DNA of 64,000 nucleotides from Azolla caroliniana (Eukaryota; Plantae; Polypodiophyta): NCBI GenBank assembly GCA_043228905.1, contig JBHGNT010000009.1, positions 21,018,001 to 21,082,000 of the forward strand, read 5' to 3'. Shown piece by piece: positions 25,495 to 37,515 of this stretch (position 1 is its first letter; each line of letters starts with the position of its first letter). The notes under the pieces were generated by a model. It saw only the letters and a program-made list of their open reading frames with translations, ran no database searches and was not told where the DNA came from. The position numbers and the translations under genes were made by a program.

Positions 25495-28400
25495 AGAGAT
25501 GACATGAACACTCCTAAAAGAAGGATACTTCTCTAGATGATAGTATTGGAATCTAGTCAAGAAATATGATGCATTGCCACCTCTAACAAAGGATGATAAA
25601 GCGGTTTCGAGCAAGAAAAGATATGAATACCTTCACAATGAAATAAAAAAACAATGTATCGGCACCCCTAATGAAGAGTGATATAGACTTTTTGAGCTAC
25701 AAATGATGTGAAGACCTCCATGATGAGGAAGACACCTCCCTAGCTTGATGTAAAGATCTCCATGATGGACTCTGTTTTTACATTCATAACATCAAATGAA
25801 AGTGTCCTAAAGAAATCTCTATTGAAATTTGGATTGTTCTTGTCAATTAGGTAGAATCACTAGAATATAAGATGCTCAATACCTCTTCTACTTATTCTAT
25901 GTTGTAATTTATAACTACATTTGACAAAAAATATTATATGAGGGGCATGATAGTGCCTTTTTATGCACAACCATGAGGCGAAAGGTACTTCATGATGTTT
26001 GGGTGAACCAAAACCGTTCCCCTAGGGATGGAGTTCAAATTCCTAAACAATCGAGCCGCAAAGTTGTATTGATAAAAATACAATGCCATTTCAAATTATT
26101 TTATTGTTGGGGTCATTGCGATGAAGATACTCCATGTTGGACTATGCTAGTTGCACTCTTCAAGGACATCCATGAGTGCATAAAAAAACACGATGAACAA
26201 CAAACTTGAAACATCCCTTATGGTAGTAGAGTTAAATCCCCTCCAATCAGTAATCGCTCAACAATTTGAGAAATGGAGGATGGATTTTATTGACCGAATT
26301 AGCCTAGCTTAAGAACAACAAATGCTATATAATCACCACCATGGATCATTGCATGAAGTAGGATGAGATCAAGGAGAGCATAAAAAGCAATACTAAAACT
26401 ATGGCTCAATTACTTATGAACACGTGGTCAGCCTCTAATTTGGGTGCCTATTAGAAGAAGTGAACTATAAAGGGTCACATTTTCTTAATGAGGTTGTTAT
26501 CCACACACTAGAAAAACATGTTATAAGTATCCTAGGTGCAACAATTAGCAAAGGATTCAAATAAAATCCTTGACTTTGTACATACAAGTTACAATTTCCA
26601 TGCAATTTTATTGAGGTTTGGAATTTCTTTTAACATAGCCACATATAAAACTCCTTTCTCTTCACTTCGTTGACAAGAGACAGTCACCCCATAGAGCTCC
26701 TAAAGCGTACTCATGAAGGTGATGTTCCAAGATAGATGGGAAGGAAATCAATTATTCTGAGTCCAACTCAAAAACCTAGAGCCTCATTATGTCTGACTCC
26801 ATCAATAACCTAGTAGATGATGACAACATTGCAACAACTTTAGATTAAAAAAATGACAACCTTCTGGAATCACTACGGAAACTTCATTGACGAGTTATTC
26901 AAAATTGAATGTTTCGGAGCCACAAATTCTTATCGAAAGATGTACAATCATTCCTTGAGTTTTTGAATTTTTATCGAGGGATTCCCGATAATTGCGCTAA
27001 CTATTGATGGTGCCTACGTGCAAAGATCTCCCTTTCACTAGACTACGGATGCCCAAAACGCCTTCAAGTTACTGGATGAGGTACTCATCATAGCCCTTGT
27101 TTTATTGCATCCTAACCCACCCAAGCCCTTTTAGGTCAAAACTAATGCCTCTGATTTTGGGATTGCAACCATCCTATCTAGTGTCCTAATTTAACTAAAA
27201 AAATAAAAAAATCCTAGCAATGTTATAAGTGGATCATTGCGGAAAAAATACTAATGTACTATGTTATAGAAACCCCTTCAAATAATTATATTTCATCAAC
27301 TAGAATGAATCCAATAAAGAACAACTTCAAATGTCACAATCAATACATATATATCCATTGATGTAAATAATACATGTATAGCACCAAATGGACACAAGAA
27401 AAAAGGGCAAGATAGTAATAATGAAAGCCAATCAAATACTGTAATGTCATTTTGCTAGGAAAATAGTGTTGATTTACATGAGATCAACTAATAACATGAT
27501 TTTCAACATGCAGGTTGCTTTTAAAAAGGTGCTTTATAATGAGAAATAGATGTGCATATATCATCATCGCATTGTATAATCACTTTTGAATCGCATCATT
27601 TTCAACCTTTGGGTTGTGGACTGTGAATTTGTAAAATTAGTTTTTTAATGAACTTACTATTGTTGTGGCAACACTGTGTCCAACTAATAACTAATCACAA
27701 GATTTATGAATTTGAACATTGAATCGACGTCTAGATCTTTCGGTCAACTTGTTTGGCTAATTATGACTTTGGAATATTATTTCGGCCTGGGACCCAACCG
27801 ATGAAGGTTGATGCTCTTCTTGATGGTGAAAATTTGCGCTCCTAAGTTACATGAGTTAGTAACTGAATAATAATCTTCACCACATAGCCAAAATATGGGC
27901 TAGGGTAGCGATGATACATGAATAATAATGTGGGATGTCGTAGTTTTTCATATCGTTTCCTAGATAGAGCTTATCCCCCAATAGTTTCCACCGCCTGTCC
28001 GAGGTTGAGCCCTGGATTTGACAGTCCAATGTAACATGAGTTTGCATAAATGTGGATTCCACATAGATGATTAGATCACATTAGAATCTCATAGTACGTA
28101 ATATACTTGAATGCATGGGCAAACATTCTTTTTTCGTATGAATGCGTATGTTATCAAAAACATTCTTATGTTTTAAAAAAAAAGAAATACTTTTTTACCT
28201 TAAAGTTTTGGTTTTACCTCATTAATAAAATAATGAATAAAAAGTATGGTATTTTACCATACTTCGAGAGGGTGTTTACCATGCTCGAATGATTGAAACA
28301 TTCGCGAATGCGAGTGCAATGGATTAGATATTTCTTTTCTGTTCAGCGTTCGGTAAAGAGATAATAAGCAGGCAAAGAGATAAGCAGGTGCGCGTGTCGC

Positions 28401-31400
28401 GTATGGTACGGGACACGTGGAAGGCTGCCAAGAGTCTTCCGTACAATTGCCAGGTGTGTCTGTGTACGTACGGTCTGCTTTTTGGCAAACAATCATATGC
28501 GCAGGAAAACGTTGGAGAGCGTCCTTTTCTTCGTGTTCTGTCTCTCTTCTTATCCCGAAGAAGAAAGCGCAAGGTACAGAAGGATGAGGAGGAGGAGGAG
28601 GTGGAGAGAATTGCTTCCTTTATCTCTTTTCCAGAGATGGAGCCAGCAGACCAGGCACCATGTGAATGGAGATGACATGAACACCCCTAAAAGAAATACT
28701 TCTCCAGATGATAGTATTGAAATCTAGTGATGAAATATAGATGCATTGCCACCCCTAACAAAAGAAGATAAAGCATTCTCGAGCAAGAAATGATATGAAT
28801 ACCTTCACAATCAAATAAAAAAACAATGTATCGGCACCCCTAATGAAGAGTGATGTAGACTTTTTGAGCTACAAATAATGTGAAAACCTCCATGATGAGG
28901 AAGACACCTCCCTAGCTTGAAATTAAAGAATTCTCCCTTCTGAAGGAGATGAGATGATGTACCAATTTTCTTTAGAATTTCATGACACGTTCATTCAATT
29001 ATTCGATGAAATCTTATTGTTAATTCCAATAGACTTTGTTTTGCGTTCATAACATCAAATGAAAATGTCCTAAAGAAATCTCTCTCGAAATTTGGATTGT
29101 TCTTATCAATTAGGTAAAAGCACTAGAATATAAGATACTCGGAGTAGGTACCTCTTCTACTTATTCTATATTTATGACTACATTTGACAAAAAATATTAT
29201 ATTAAAAATACTATGCACAACCATGAGGTGAAAGGTACTTTGGGCGAACCAAAACCATTCCTCTAGGGATGGAGTTCAAATTCCTAAACAATCAAGCCGC
29301 AAAGTTGTATTGATAAAAATACAATGCCATTTCAAATTATGTTGCTGTTGGGGTCATTGGGGTCATTGCGATGAAGATACTTCATGTTGGGCAATGCTAG
29401 TTGACTCTCTTCAAGGACATCCATGAGTGCATCAAAATATGATGAATGACAAACCTAAAAAATATCTTAAGAACACATGGACAACCTCTAATTTGGATGC
29501 CTATTAGAAATAGTGACCTATCCCCTCCAATCAGTAGTCACTCAACAATTTGAGAAATGAAGAATGGACTTTATTGACCGAATTAGCCTAGTTTAAGAAC
29601 AACAAATGCTATATGGTCACCACCATGGATCATTACTGAAGTAGGATAAGACCAAGGAGAGCATAAAAAGCAATACTAAAACTATGGCTCAAATTCTTAA
29701 GAACACGTGGACAAACTCTAATATGGATGCCTATTAGAAACATTGATCTATTAGGGGTCACATTTTCTTAATGAAGTTGTTATCCACACACTAGAAAAAA
29801 TGTTGTAGTATCCTAGGTGCAACAATTAGCAAAGGATTCAAATAAAATCCTTGACTATGTACAGATAGGTTACAATTTCCATGCAATTTTATTGAGGTTT
29901 GGAACTTCTTTTAACATAGCCACATATAACACTCCTTTCTCTTCACTTTGTTGACAAGAGACCGTCACCCCATAGAGCTCCTAGAGCTTACTCATGAAGT
30001 TGGTGTTCCAAGATAAATGGGAAGGAAATTGATTATTCTGAGTCCAACTCAAAAACCTAGAGCCTCATCATGTCTGACTCCATCAATAACCTAGTTGATG
30101 ATGACAACATTGCAACAACTTTAGATAAAAAAAATGACAACCTTTTGGAATCACCAGGGAAACTTCAAGAAACTTCATTGATGAGTTATTCAACACCGAA
30201 TGTTTCAGAGCCACAAATTCTTATCGAAAGATGTACAATCATTCCTTGAGTTTTTGAATTTTTATCGAGGAATTCCCAATAATTGTGCTAACAATTGATA
30301 GTGACTTAGTGCAAAGATCTCCCTTTCACTAGACTATGGATGCTCAAAACGTCTTCAAGTTACTCGAGGAGTTAATCATCATAGCCATCATTTTATGGCA
30401 TCGTAACCCACAAAAGATCTTTTAGGTCAAAACTAATGCCTTTGATTTTGAGATTGCAACCATCCTATCTTGTCTCCTACTTAAATTAAAAAAAAAAAAT
30501 CCTAACAATATTATAAAGTGGATCATTGCTGAAAAAACACTAATGTACTATGTTATAAAAATCCCTTCAAATAATTATATTTCATCAACTCGAATGAATC
30601 AAATAAAGAACAACTTCAAATGTCACAATCCATACATATATGTCCATCGATGTAAATAATACATGTATAGCACCAAATGGACACAAGAAAAAAAGGCAAG
30701 ATGGTTATAATCAAAGCCAATAAAATAATGTAACGTCATTTTGAGAGGAAAATAGTGATGATTTATGTGAGATCAACTAGTAACATGATTTTCAACATGC
30801 AAGTTGCTTTTAAAAAGGTACAGTTTTATAATGAGAAATAGATGTGCATATATGATCATGGCATTGTATAATCACTTTTGAATCGCATCATTTTCAACCT
30901 TTGGGTTGTGGATTGTGAATTTGTAAAATTAGTTTTTTAATGAACTTACTGCTGTTGTGGCAACACTGTGTCCAACTAATAACTAATCACAAGATTTATG
31001 AATTTGAACATTGAATCAACGTCTAGATCTTCGGTCAACTTGTTTAGCTAATTACGACTTTGGAATATTATTTCGGCCTAGGACCTAACCCACGAAGGTT
31101 GATGTTCTTCTTGATGGTGAAAATTTGTGCTCCAGCTATAGGGGATGAAGGCCTTTGTGACTAAGAACCCCAATTTTTGTTGAAGCTAAATCAATTGCAT
31201 GCATTCAAGAAGATTGTCGAGGATTGGCGACTGATAAATAGGTAAATAAAATTAAGAGAGTTCATACTGAATCGTAAAGGCATATACCTTCATCAAACTC
31301 TCTTATCGAGCCAAGTTGAGTTACATGAGCTAGTAAGTGAATAATAATCTTCACCACACAGCCAAAATATGGGGTAGTGTAGCGATGATACATGAATAAT

Positions 31401-32020
31401 AACGTGGGATGGGGATGTGGAGTCCACATAGATGATAAGATAAGATTAGATTAGAATCAGACTTCATAGTACGTAATATAGTTAGAATGCATGGGCAAAC
31501 AATCTTTTTTCATACGAATGAAAAACGAATGCGTATGTTATCGAAACATTCTTATGGGTTTTTTAAAACACTTTTTTACCTTAATTTTTTAATTATTTTT
31601 GTTTTACTTTATAATAACTAATGAATACAAAAAGTATGGTATTTACCATACTCCGAGGGAGTTTACCATACGAGGATGATTGCATAACATTCGCGAATGC
31701 GAAGGCAAGTATGGTTCAAAAACTATGGATGATTAGATATTTCTTAGCTGCGCGTGTCGCGTGGGATGTGGGAGGGCCGGCCAAGCATCTTCTGTACTAC
31801 ATCAGGTGTCTGTTTTTATTCTGTATGTACTGACTGCTTTTTGCACAATCATGCGCAAGAAAACGTGGAAATTGTTCTGTCTCTCTTATCCCCAAGAAGA
31901 AAGCGAAGAAGGTACAACAGAAGGAGAAAGAGCAGGTAGAGAGAATTCGATTCCTTTTATCTTTTTCGCAGAGATGGGAGCCACCAGAGCAGGCAGGCAC
32001 CACGTGAAAATGGAATGGAG
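25495..32020 (+). repeat. Tandem segmental duplication of about 3.2-3.4 kb (copy 1 about 25495-28667, copy 2 about 28668-32020) with decayed Gypsy pol remnants and the lectin-gene upstream region
   Basis: Both copies start GAGATGACATGAACAC.CCTAAAAGAA and stay colinear, with indels, through the shared CATTCGCGAATGCGA..TCTCTTATCCC.AAGAAGAAAGCG segment. Confidence 0.88.
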
Positions 32021-32083
32021 CCCAGGATTTAGGGTTTAGGCTGTGGCCATGAACTCCTATATAGCCTTCTTCCTTCATCGACA

Positions 32084-32160
32084 ACCCTAAACCCTAAAAC
32101 CCTAAGCCCTAAGCCCTAAGCCCTAAGCCCTAAGCCCTAAACCCTAAACCCTAAAACCTA
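32084..32160 (+). repeat. Telomere-like (CCCTAAA/CCCTAAG)n tract directly upstream of the lectin ATG
   Basis: About 11 units; an inverted TTTAGGGTTTAGGG lies at 32028-32041. Confidence 0.85.
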
Positions 32161-32162
32161 CA

Positions 32163-32759
32163 ATGGAAATGGACGAAATCTCAATCCCAGTTTCCCCTAC
32201 TTCGAAGATATCCTCTATTTTGGCACGCGCTAGTCCCGGAATGCCGATATTGGCCAGTAGCCTTCCCAGCCGATACATAGCACTGCAGCAGGGGAGATCC
32301 TACCGCCAGGCGGAGGCTCCCTACTTGGTGGTGAACGTGAGAAATGGGCACCCATACCTCGCGTTCACGGACAAGACCAAGACACGGGCGGCCGCCCACG
32401 AGGTGTACTTCGATGAGTCCGACCCGACCGTCGTCTCGCTTCGCGCCGCCAATGGCAACTTCTGGCGCCTAGACACTTCCTCGGGTATTATCTTGGCGGA
32501 CCGCGAGACCGAGCCCTCGGGCCCCACCTCCGACCCCGCTTGCTACTTCAAGCTCTTCCGTGATTCGGAGGAGAAGCTTCTCTTCCAGTCCCTCGCCAAG
32601 ACCACCTCCTACGGCAAGTTTATTCTCATCGTCGAGACCGAGCTTGGCGTCGACTTGCAGACCTTGCCCTTGACCGATACCCCGGCCTATGAAACCTCGG
32701 CTTTGGATGTTGTCATGGCCGCAACGGCAGCATTGGCGGCAGCATCCCGCGACCTTTAA
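32163..32759 (+). CDS. Single-domain amaranthin/agglutinin-like (beta-trefoil) lectin
   Basis: GC-rich intact 198-aa ORF. LPSRYIAL..VSLRAANGNFWR..ADRETEPSGPTSDPACYFKLF is paralogous to the first domain of the 53.6-kb gene. Confidence 0.7.
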   Translation: MEMDEISIPVSPTSKISSILARASPGMPILASSLPSRYIALQQGRSYRQAEAPYLVVNVRNGHPYLAFTDKTKTRAAAHEVYFDESDPTVVSLRAANGNFWRLDTSSGIILADRETEPSGPTSDPACYFKLFRDSEEKLLFQSLAKTTSYGKFILIVETELGVDLQTLPLTDTPAYETSALDVVMAATAALAAASRDL

Positions 32760-34689
32760 TACCATGTTGGCAAACTTTTTAATATGTTTCCATTGCTCCG
32801 TTATTTTATGTTTGTGATTTCTTCTTCATTTCAGCTGGCAAATCTAGGTGGCCATTCGCATAGTTCACTATGATTTATGCCATATATTTGTAGTGACTAC
32901 ATGGGAGTTGCATTCATATAGTGCACTATAATTTCTGCCATATATTTGTAGTGACTACATGGGATTGATGACGTAAATATCACACAAGCTCTTTGCCAAT
33001 TTATTATTCTTTGTGAGAATTTCTTGGCAAAGTCATCGAAAAAGCTGGAAATTTCCACTCTTAGAAGAAAAAGAGTGTGTCAAGTTTGTACATTGTGCGA
33101 TACGACGGGTTGTGTGAAAGTAGCCATAGTGTCTAGTTCGATAATAGGTCAAGAGGTGAGTAATAAAAATATCGAAAACTACTTCAAATGGTAGGAGGTA
33201 TACATTGGGATTAAAAGGTCAAGGGTTTGAATCTAAGACCGTAATAAAGTGAAGATTAATAACGTCTTGACAAATTATCAAAGAGAAAGAGGGTATTGGA
33301 ATCAATAAATCGTATACATTGTGATCGTGTCCTAAATTTCTACGAGTATGGAAGAGACTTTTATGTCTTGTGGTATTGATACATTCTAATCGTGCAATCA
33401 CTTGGGGTGTTGTCAAGTGGGGCATTCTGGAAGGACATCTGTGGTATGAAAAGGAGGATATGGTGGAAGCCTTTCACATAGTTCCGCTTCTAGTACAAAT
33501 GGTTCAACCTTTTTTGTTTCACATGTTGCAAATTAGGGATTATATTATTTTGACAATGTCACTCACAATGTTTTTGTTATAATTGATGAATTCTGGTTGT
33601 AGCTCATTCATACATTACGTGGTCAATATGAAAGTTTTACATGCAATTCTGATGCTATTTGTAGGAATCAGATGCGTTTAAAAAGGATATGGGATTCAAC
33701 CCTCGTTTTTAATGAAGATGGATAACATGGATATACATTGTTCCCATCATTTGGGAAACAATGTGTGCTAACTTTGTTTTTGGCTTTAGTTGCTACAATT
33801 ACTGGTGGCATACGTTACTCTAGAGCTAACAAGGGCACCCGTTAACTTCTTCAAATTGGATCATAGATGACAACGAGTCATACATAAGTTACATAAACCA
33901 ATGCATCTAATGTATATACACATAGAATTGGCCATAATATGAGTATAAGGAAATCAAAATTTATTGTCCATTCCATAAAAAACAAAAAGAAAAAAAAGAA
34001 AAAGAGGTTAGGATTTATCATGAAAAGCAGTCAAACTCTAGAATCTATAACTTTAGAAACTATAATAGAGAAATGAGAAAAAAAGGGACGAGCTAGGCTA
34101 GTCTAATGGATGGCAAAATGACCATCACCATAGCTGTGGGACCAAGTCAAATGGGAGGTCGGCTTGTTTACAAGGACAATTCAATGGGTATTCTAAAAGA
34201 TATATTTAAAACTTTGAGTTAAAAGGATAAAAAAACGGAAATGATTGGTGAGGAGAAGGGAAGTGAGGATTAATGAGCTCATGAAAGATCATGAAGACAA
34301 TGAAGAAGGGGCTAACATGGACCTACTATGTGGTAACCATTCACCCAAGATTGTTTGCCCCCACATGAAAGCAACATACAATAATTGCACCACTTTATTG
34401 AAAGATGAAATGGAAAAGGGAGAACTCGAGGAGATAAATTTCGAGGTCATGGAAGAGGTGGATGACGCAAAACATCTAGGGTGGAGACTGGTTGGCAACT
34501 TGACGAGCAACATAGATACCCCAAGTTAAAACATCATTTTTTTTTTAATAGGATACTAAATAATGAGTTATTTACTATGTGATATTGATATATCGAAGGT
34601 TGTCCTTTTCGGGGAAAGGATCTTGGTGGCCATCCTCACATTGTTTTTGTGAGAAAGGTGTAGTCCCCATCCTTTTGAATTTTTTTTTT

Positions 34690-35030
34690 TTGTTATCCCC
34701 CTTGGTCACCTTGATTTGCTACACGTTCGAACGAAACAAGCATAGCCACAAGGATGTTGTGAGTGTAAGGGCTTGACCCACTTCGTATGAGGTCGCCCCT
34801 ATGAAACATGCATCCAACATTCCTCACTAGTTACATGATTACGATGCCATCATTTTGAACAAATTTCTGTTTTGTTATCCCTCTTGGTCACCTCGATTTA
34901 CACGTTAGAACAAAATAAGCATAACCACAATGATGTTGTGAGCGTAAGGGCTTGATCCACTTTGTACGAGGTCACCCCTATGAAACACGTATCCAACATT
35001 CCTCACTACTTACATGATTACGGTGCCACC
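34690..35030. repeat. Direct tandem duplication of about 180 bp
   Basis: TTGTTATCCC..TTGGTCACCT...CATGATTACG.TGCCA at about 34690-34850 and 34872-35030. Confidence 0.8.
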
Positions 35031-36433
35031 ATGAGATCATAATTAGGGAAGGCCTTCGTAATGAAGTAACCATGTGATGGGTCACATTGGTCTACTATGA
35101 AAAGAGGGTTAGTGTGGCTTGGCCATTAGGTTGCTCTTTGGGGTATTCCATCGTAATGATGAGACTTGAGGTTGCGTAATGTACGAACATATTTGTCTTG
35201 TTAACAAGGGGGAATGAGGATTGTAGACATATATGTTTTCTTTTAAAAAAACATATATGAGTATATGCCTTCTCATATTACTCAAATGCATAAATATTAA
35301 ATATTTGATATGAGCAACCTATTTGGTTAGCGTAAGTATTTAATAACTTTGTTTTCGAGGTTTTGAGTTCAAATATGACCAAGACCATACAATACTTTTG
35401 ATACATATGACTATAAAACATGTTTAGACTTTAGGTCTAAGTGCACTTTGAGGTCCTCGTAATAGAACTTAAAGAGTTGAAACCACATAAGTGGGCACAA
35501 AAACATAATTTATTGTTAACATTTTTTTGTGTATAAACTATTTATGACGCAAACAAACATGGTTGAGCCTCGGGGAGCCACCATGTAAAAATCAATATAA
35601 AGATCAGGGAAAGACATTCATTTGTCAACCCCATGCTTTTTAAAACACCTTTGTGTTACCATAGTTACCTAATCTTAAACGTCATCTCATACGTCCAAAA
35701 GGGTATAGACATGAGATCATGATATTTGTCCATGATATGTTTACATCGCGACATTATGACATTATGACATTATGAATTTGTTTGACCCTATCCTATTTCT
35801 TTGTCAGACATTGTATTCTTTTGGCTCATAATAACGACGTGATGAAATCCTCCCAAGCGGAGGCAATTCAAGGAAATACTCATGGGGCAATTCCCATTGA
35901 GTTGTATTTTTTCCAAATACAAAATTTCCATAAGTCTACCTTGCACGAGATTTTCGAATTTCGACAATCTCATGGTGCTCTAGAAGCATGAGTCATTAGT
36001 ATGCAAAGCGATATTAATAGATGAGATGAACGTCAAGGTGAACCATTGTTTGTCGTAAAGCCAGTTATGGGAGAAAACGTTAGCCAGTTGGCTACATGAA
36101 GGATAAAGGTCAGAGTTGGAGTTAGAGTCAGACGACTATATGAAAAGACAAAATTTGAATTGGAACTTTTTGCCAAGTATAAAAATTAGAGTAATTTATG
36201 AAATAGAATAATTTTGTATAACTGTAGATTCTTGTTGAACAAGCAAGTGTAAAATCTTGGAGAAGTCTCTCAAGTCGCCTATAAAAAATGGACCGAGAGC
36301 ATTGTATCATTATTGTTTTGTTTGGTTTTCATATAATTTTTGGTAGTTAGAGTACCCACTATATAATTTTTAACGGATGTTTGAATTCAGTCTCTATGAC
36401 TTACGAGAAGTTTTCGATTTAATCATTGACAAT

Positions 36434-37483
36434 TGTTCAGACGAGGAATTGTCTGACTAGAGATACTTAGTCAAAGTTTTTGACGTCCAGGATACAATTA
36501 CGTATTGATAGGAATTGCACTCGGCCACAACCGAGTTTTAAGCACTTATGGAAGCCCATAGACTCCAAACTATCATTATGTAAGGGATGTACAACAATAA
36601 GAGTCTTAAAGGCAACGAACTCGAGCTCTGTATCTTCGCCAACCAGCGGTTACAACAGAAAACACCTTTTCTGTATCCCTGTGTGTGTGTGTGTGTGTGT
36701 GTCTATACGATAGTAACTAGCTGACTCACGTACAATGATAATCACACACAAACTAATTTTGTCCTAGTTATATTTATACTTATATAACTTTAGGGCTATT
36801 TACAGTTATGGCCTCGACAAGCACATCTAAGACATATTTACCAATACGTCCCTATCTCTAGTTCCCATTGGATTAGGCCGGATACCTTCTAGATCCATTT
36901 GGTTTGATTTCCAGATGCCTTCCGGATCCTTTAGATCCCGCTTCTTCCTCCGGCTCCTCCAGTTCCCATTTGGAGGGACCGATATCTCAACAATCTCCCC
37001 CTTCACCCCGGAATGGGGATCCTTGTCAATCTGATCCGTCTTTGGCACGCATCCAGCTTCTCGGCTGACACACCTTGGTCAACACGTCTGAATTGTCTCC
37101 TCCTTGTGGATCTTCCTCAGAGTGAAGTCTTGGTTTTCCACCCTCTCCCACAACTAGTGATATTTGTGTTGGATGTGCTTTGTCATAGAGTGGTAGGTTG
37201 CGTTCTTTGCAAGGTGGATCACACTTTGACTATCACAATAGAGCCGGTATTCCTCATGTCTTATCCCTAGCTCTTCGATATAGTCCTTCTGCCATGATAT
37301 TGCTCCCCCTACATAAGTCATGACATATCCAGACATAGACCTGTTGGTATTTGTAGAAGCCAACATGTCCAAATCGGTGAAATCTTCTAGTTGGGGTTTA
37401 CCTGAGCCAAATCGAAGGCACATGGTCGAGGTGCCTTTCAGGTATTGGAGCAATATCAAGTCAAGGTATACATTATGCCTCAA
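36434..37483 (-). mobile_element. Truncated Ty1/Copia 3' end (RNase H, PPT, 3' LTR)
   Basis: RSMSGYVMTYVGGAISWQ and LYCDSQSVIHLAKNATYHSMTKHI. PPT GAAGGGGGAGAT is followed by the LTR start TGTTG at 36992. The far LTR end (about 36434) is tentative. Confidence 0.8.
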
Positions 37484-37515
37484 AAATCCTCAAAGTTTAC
37501 ATCATGCCATCTAAA

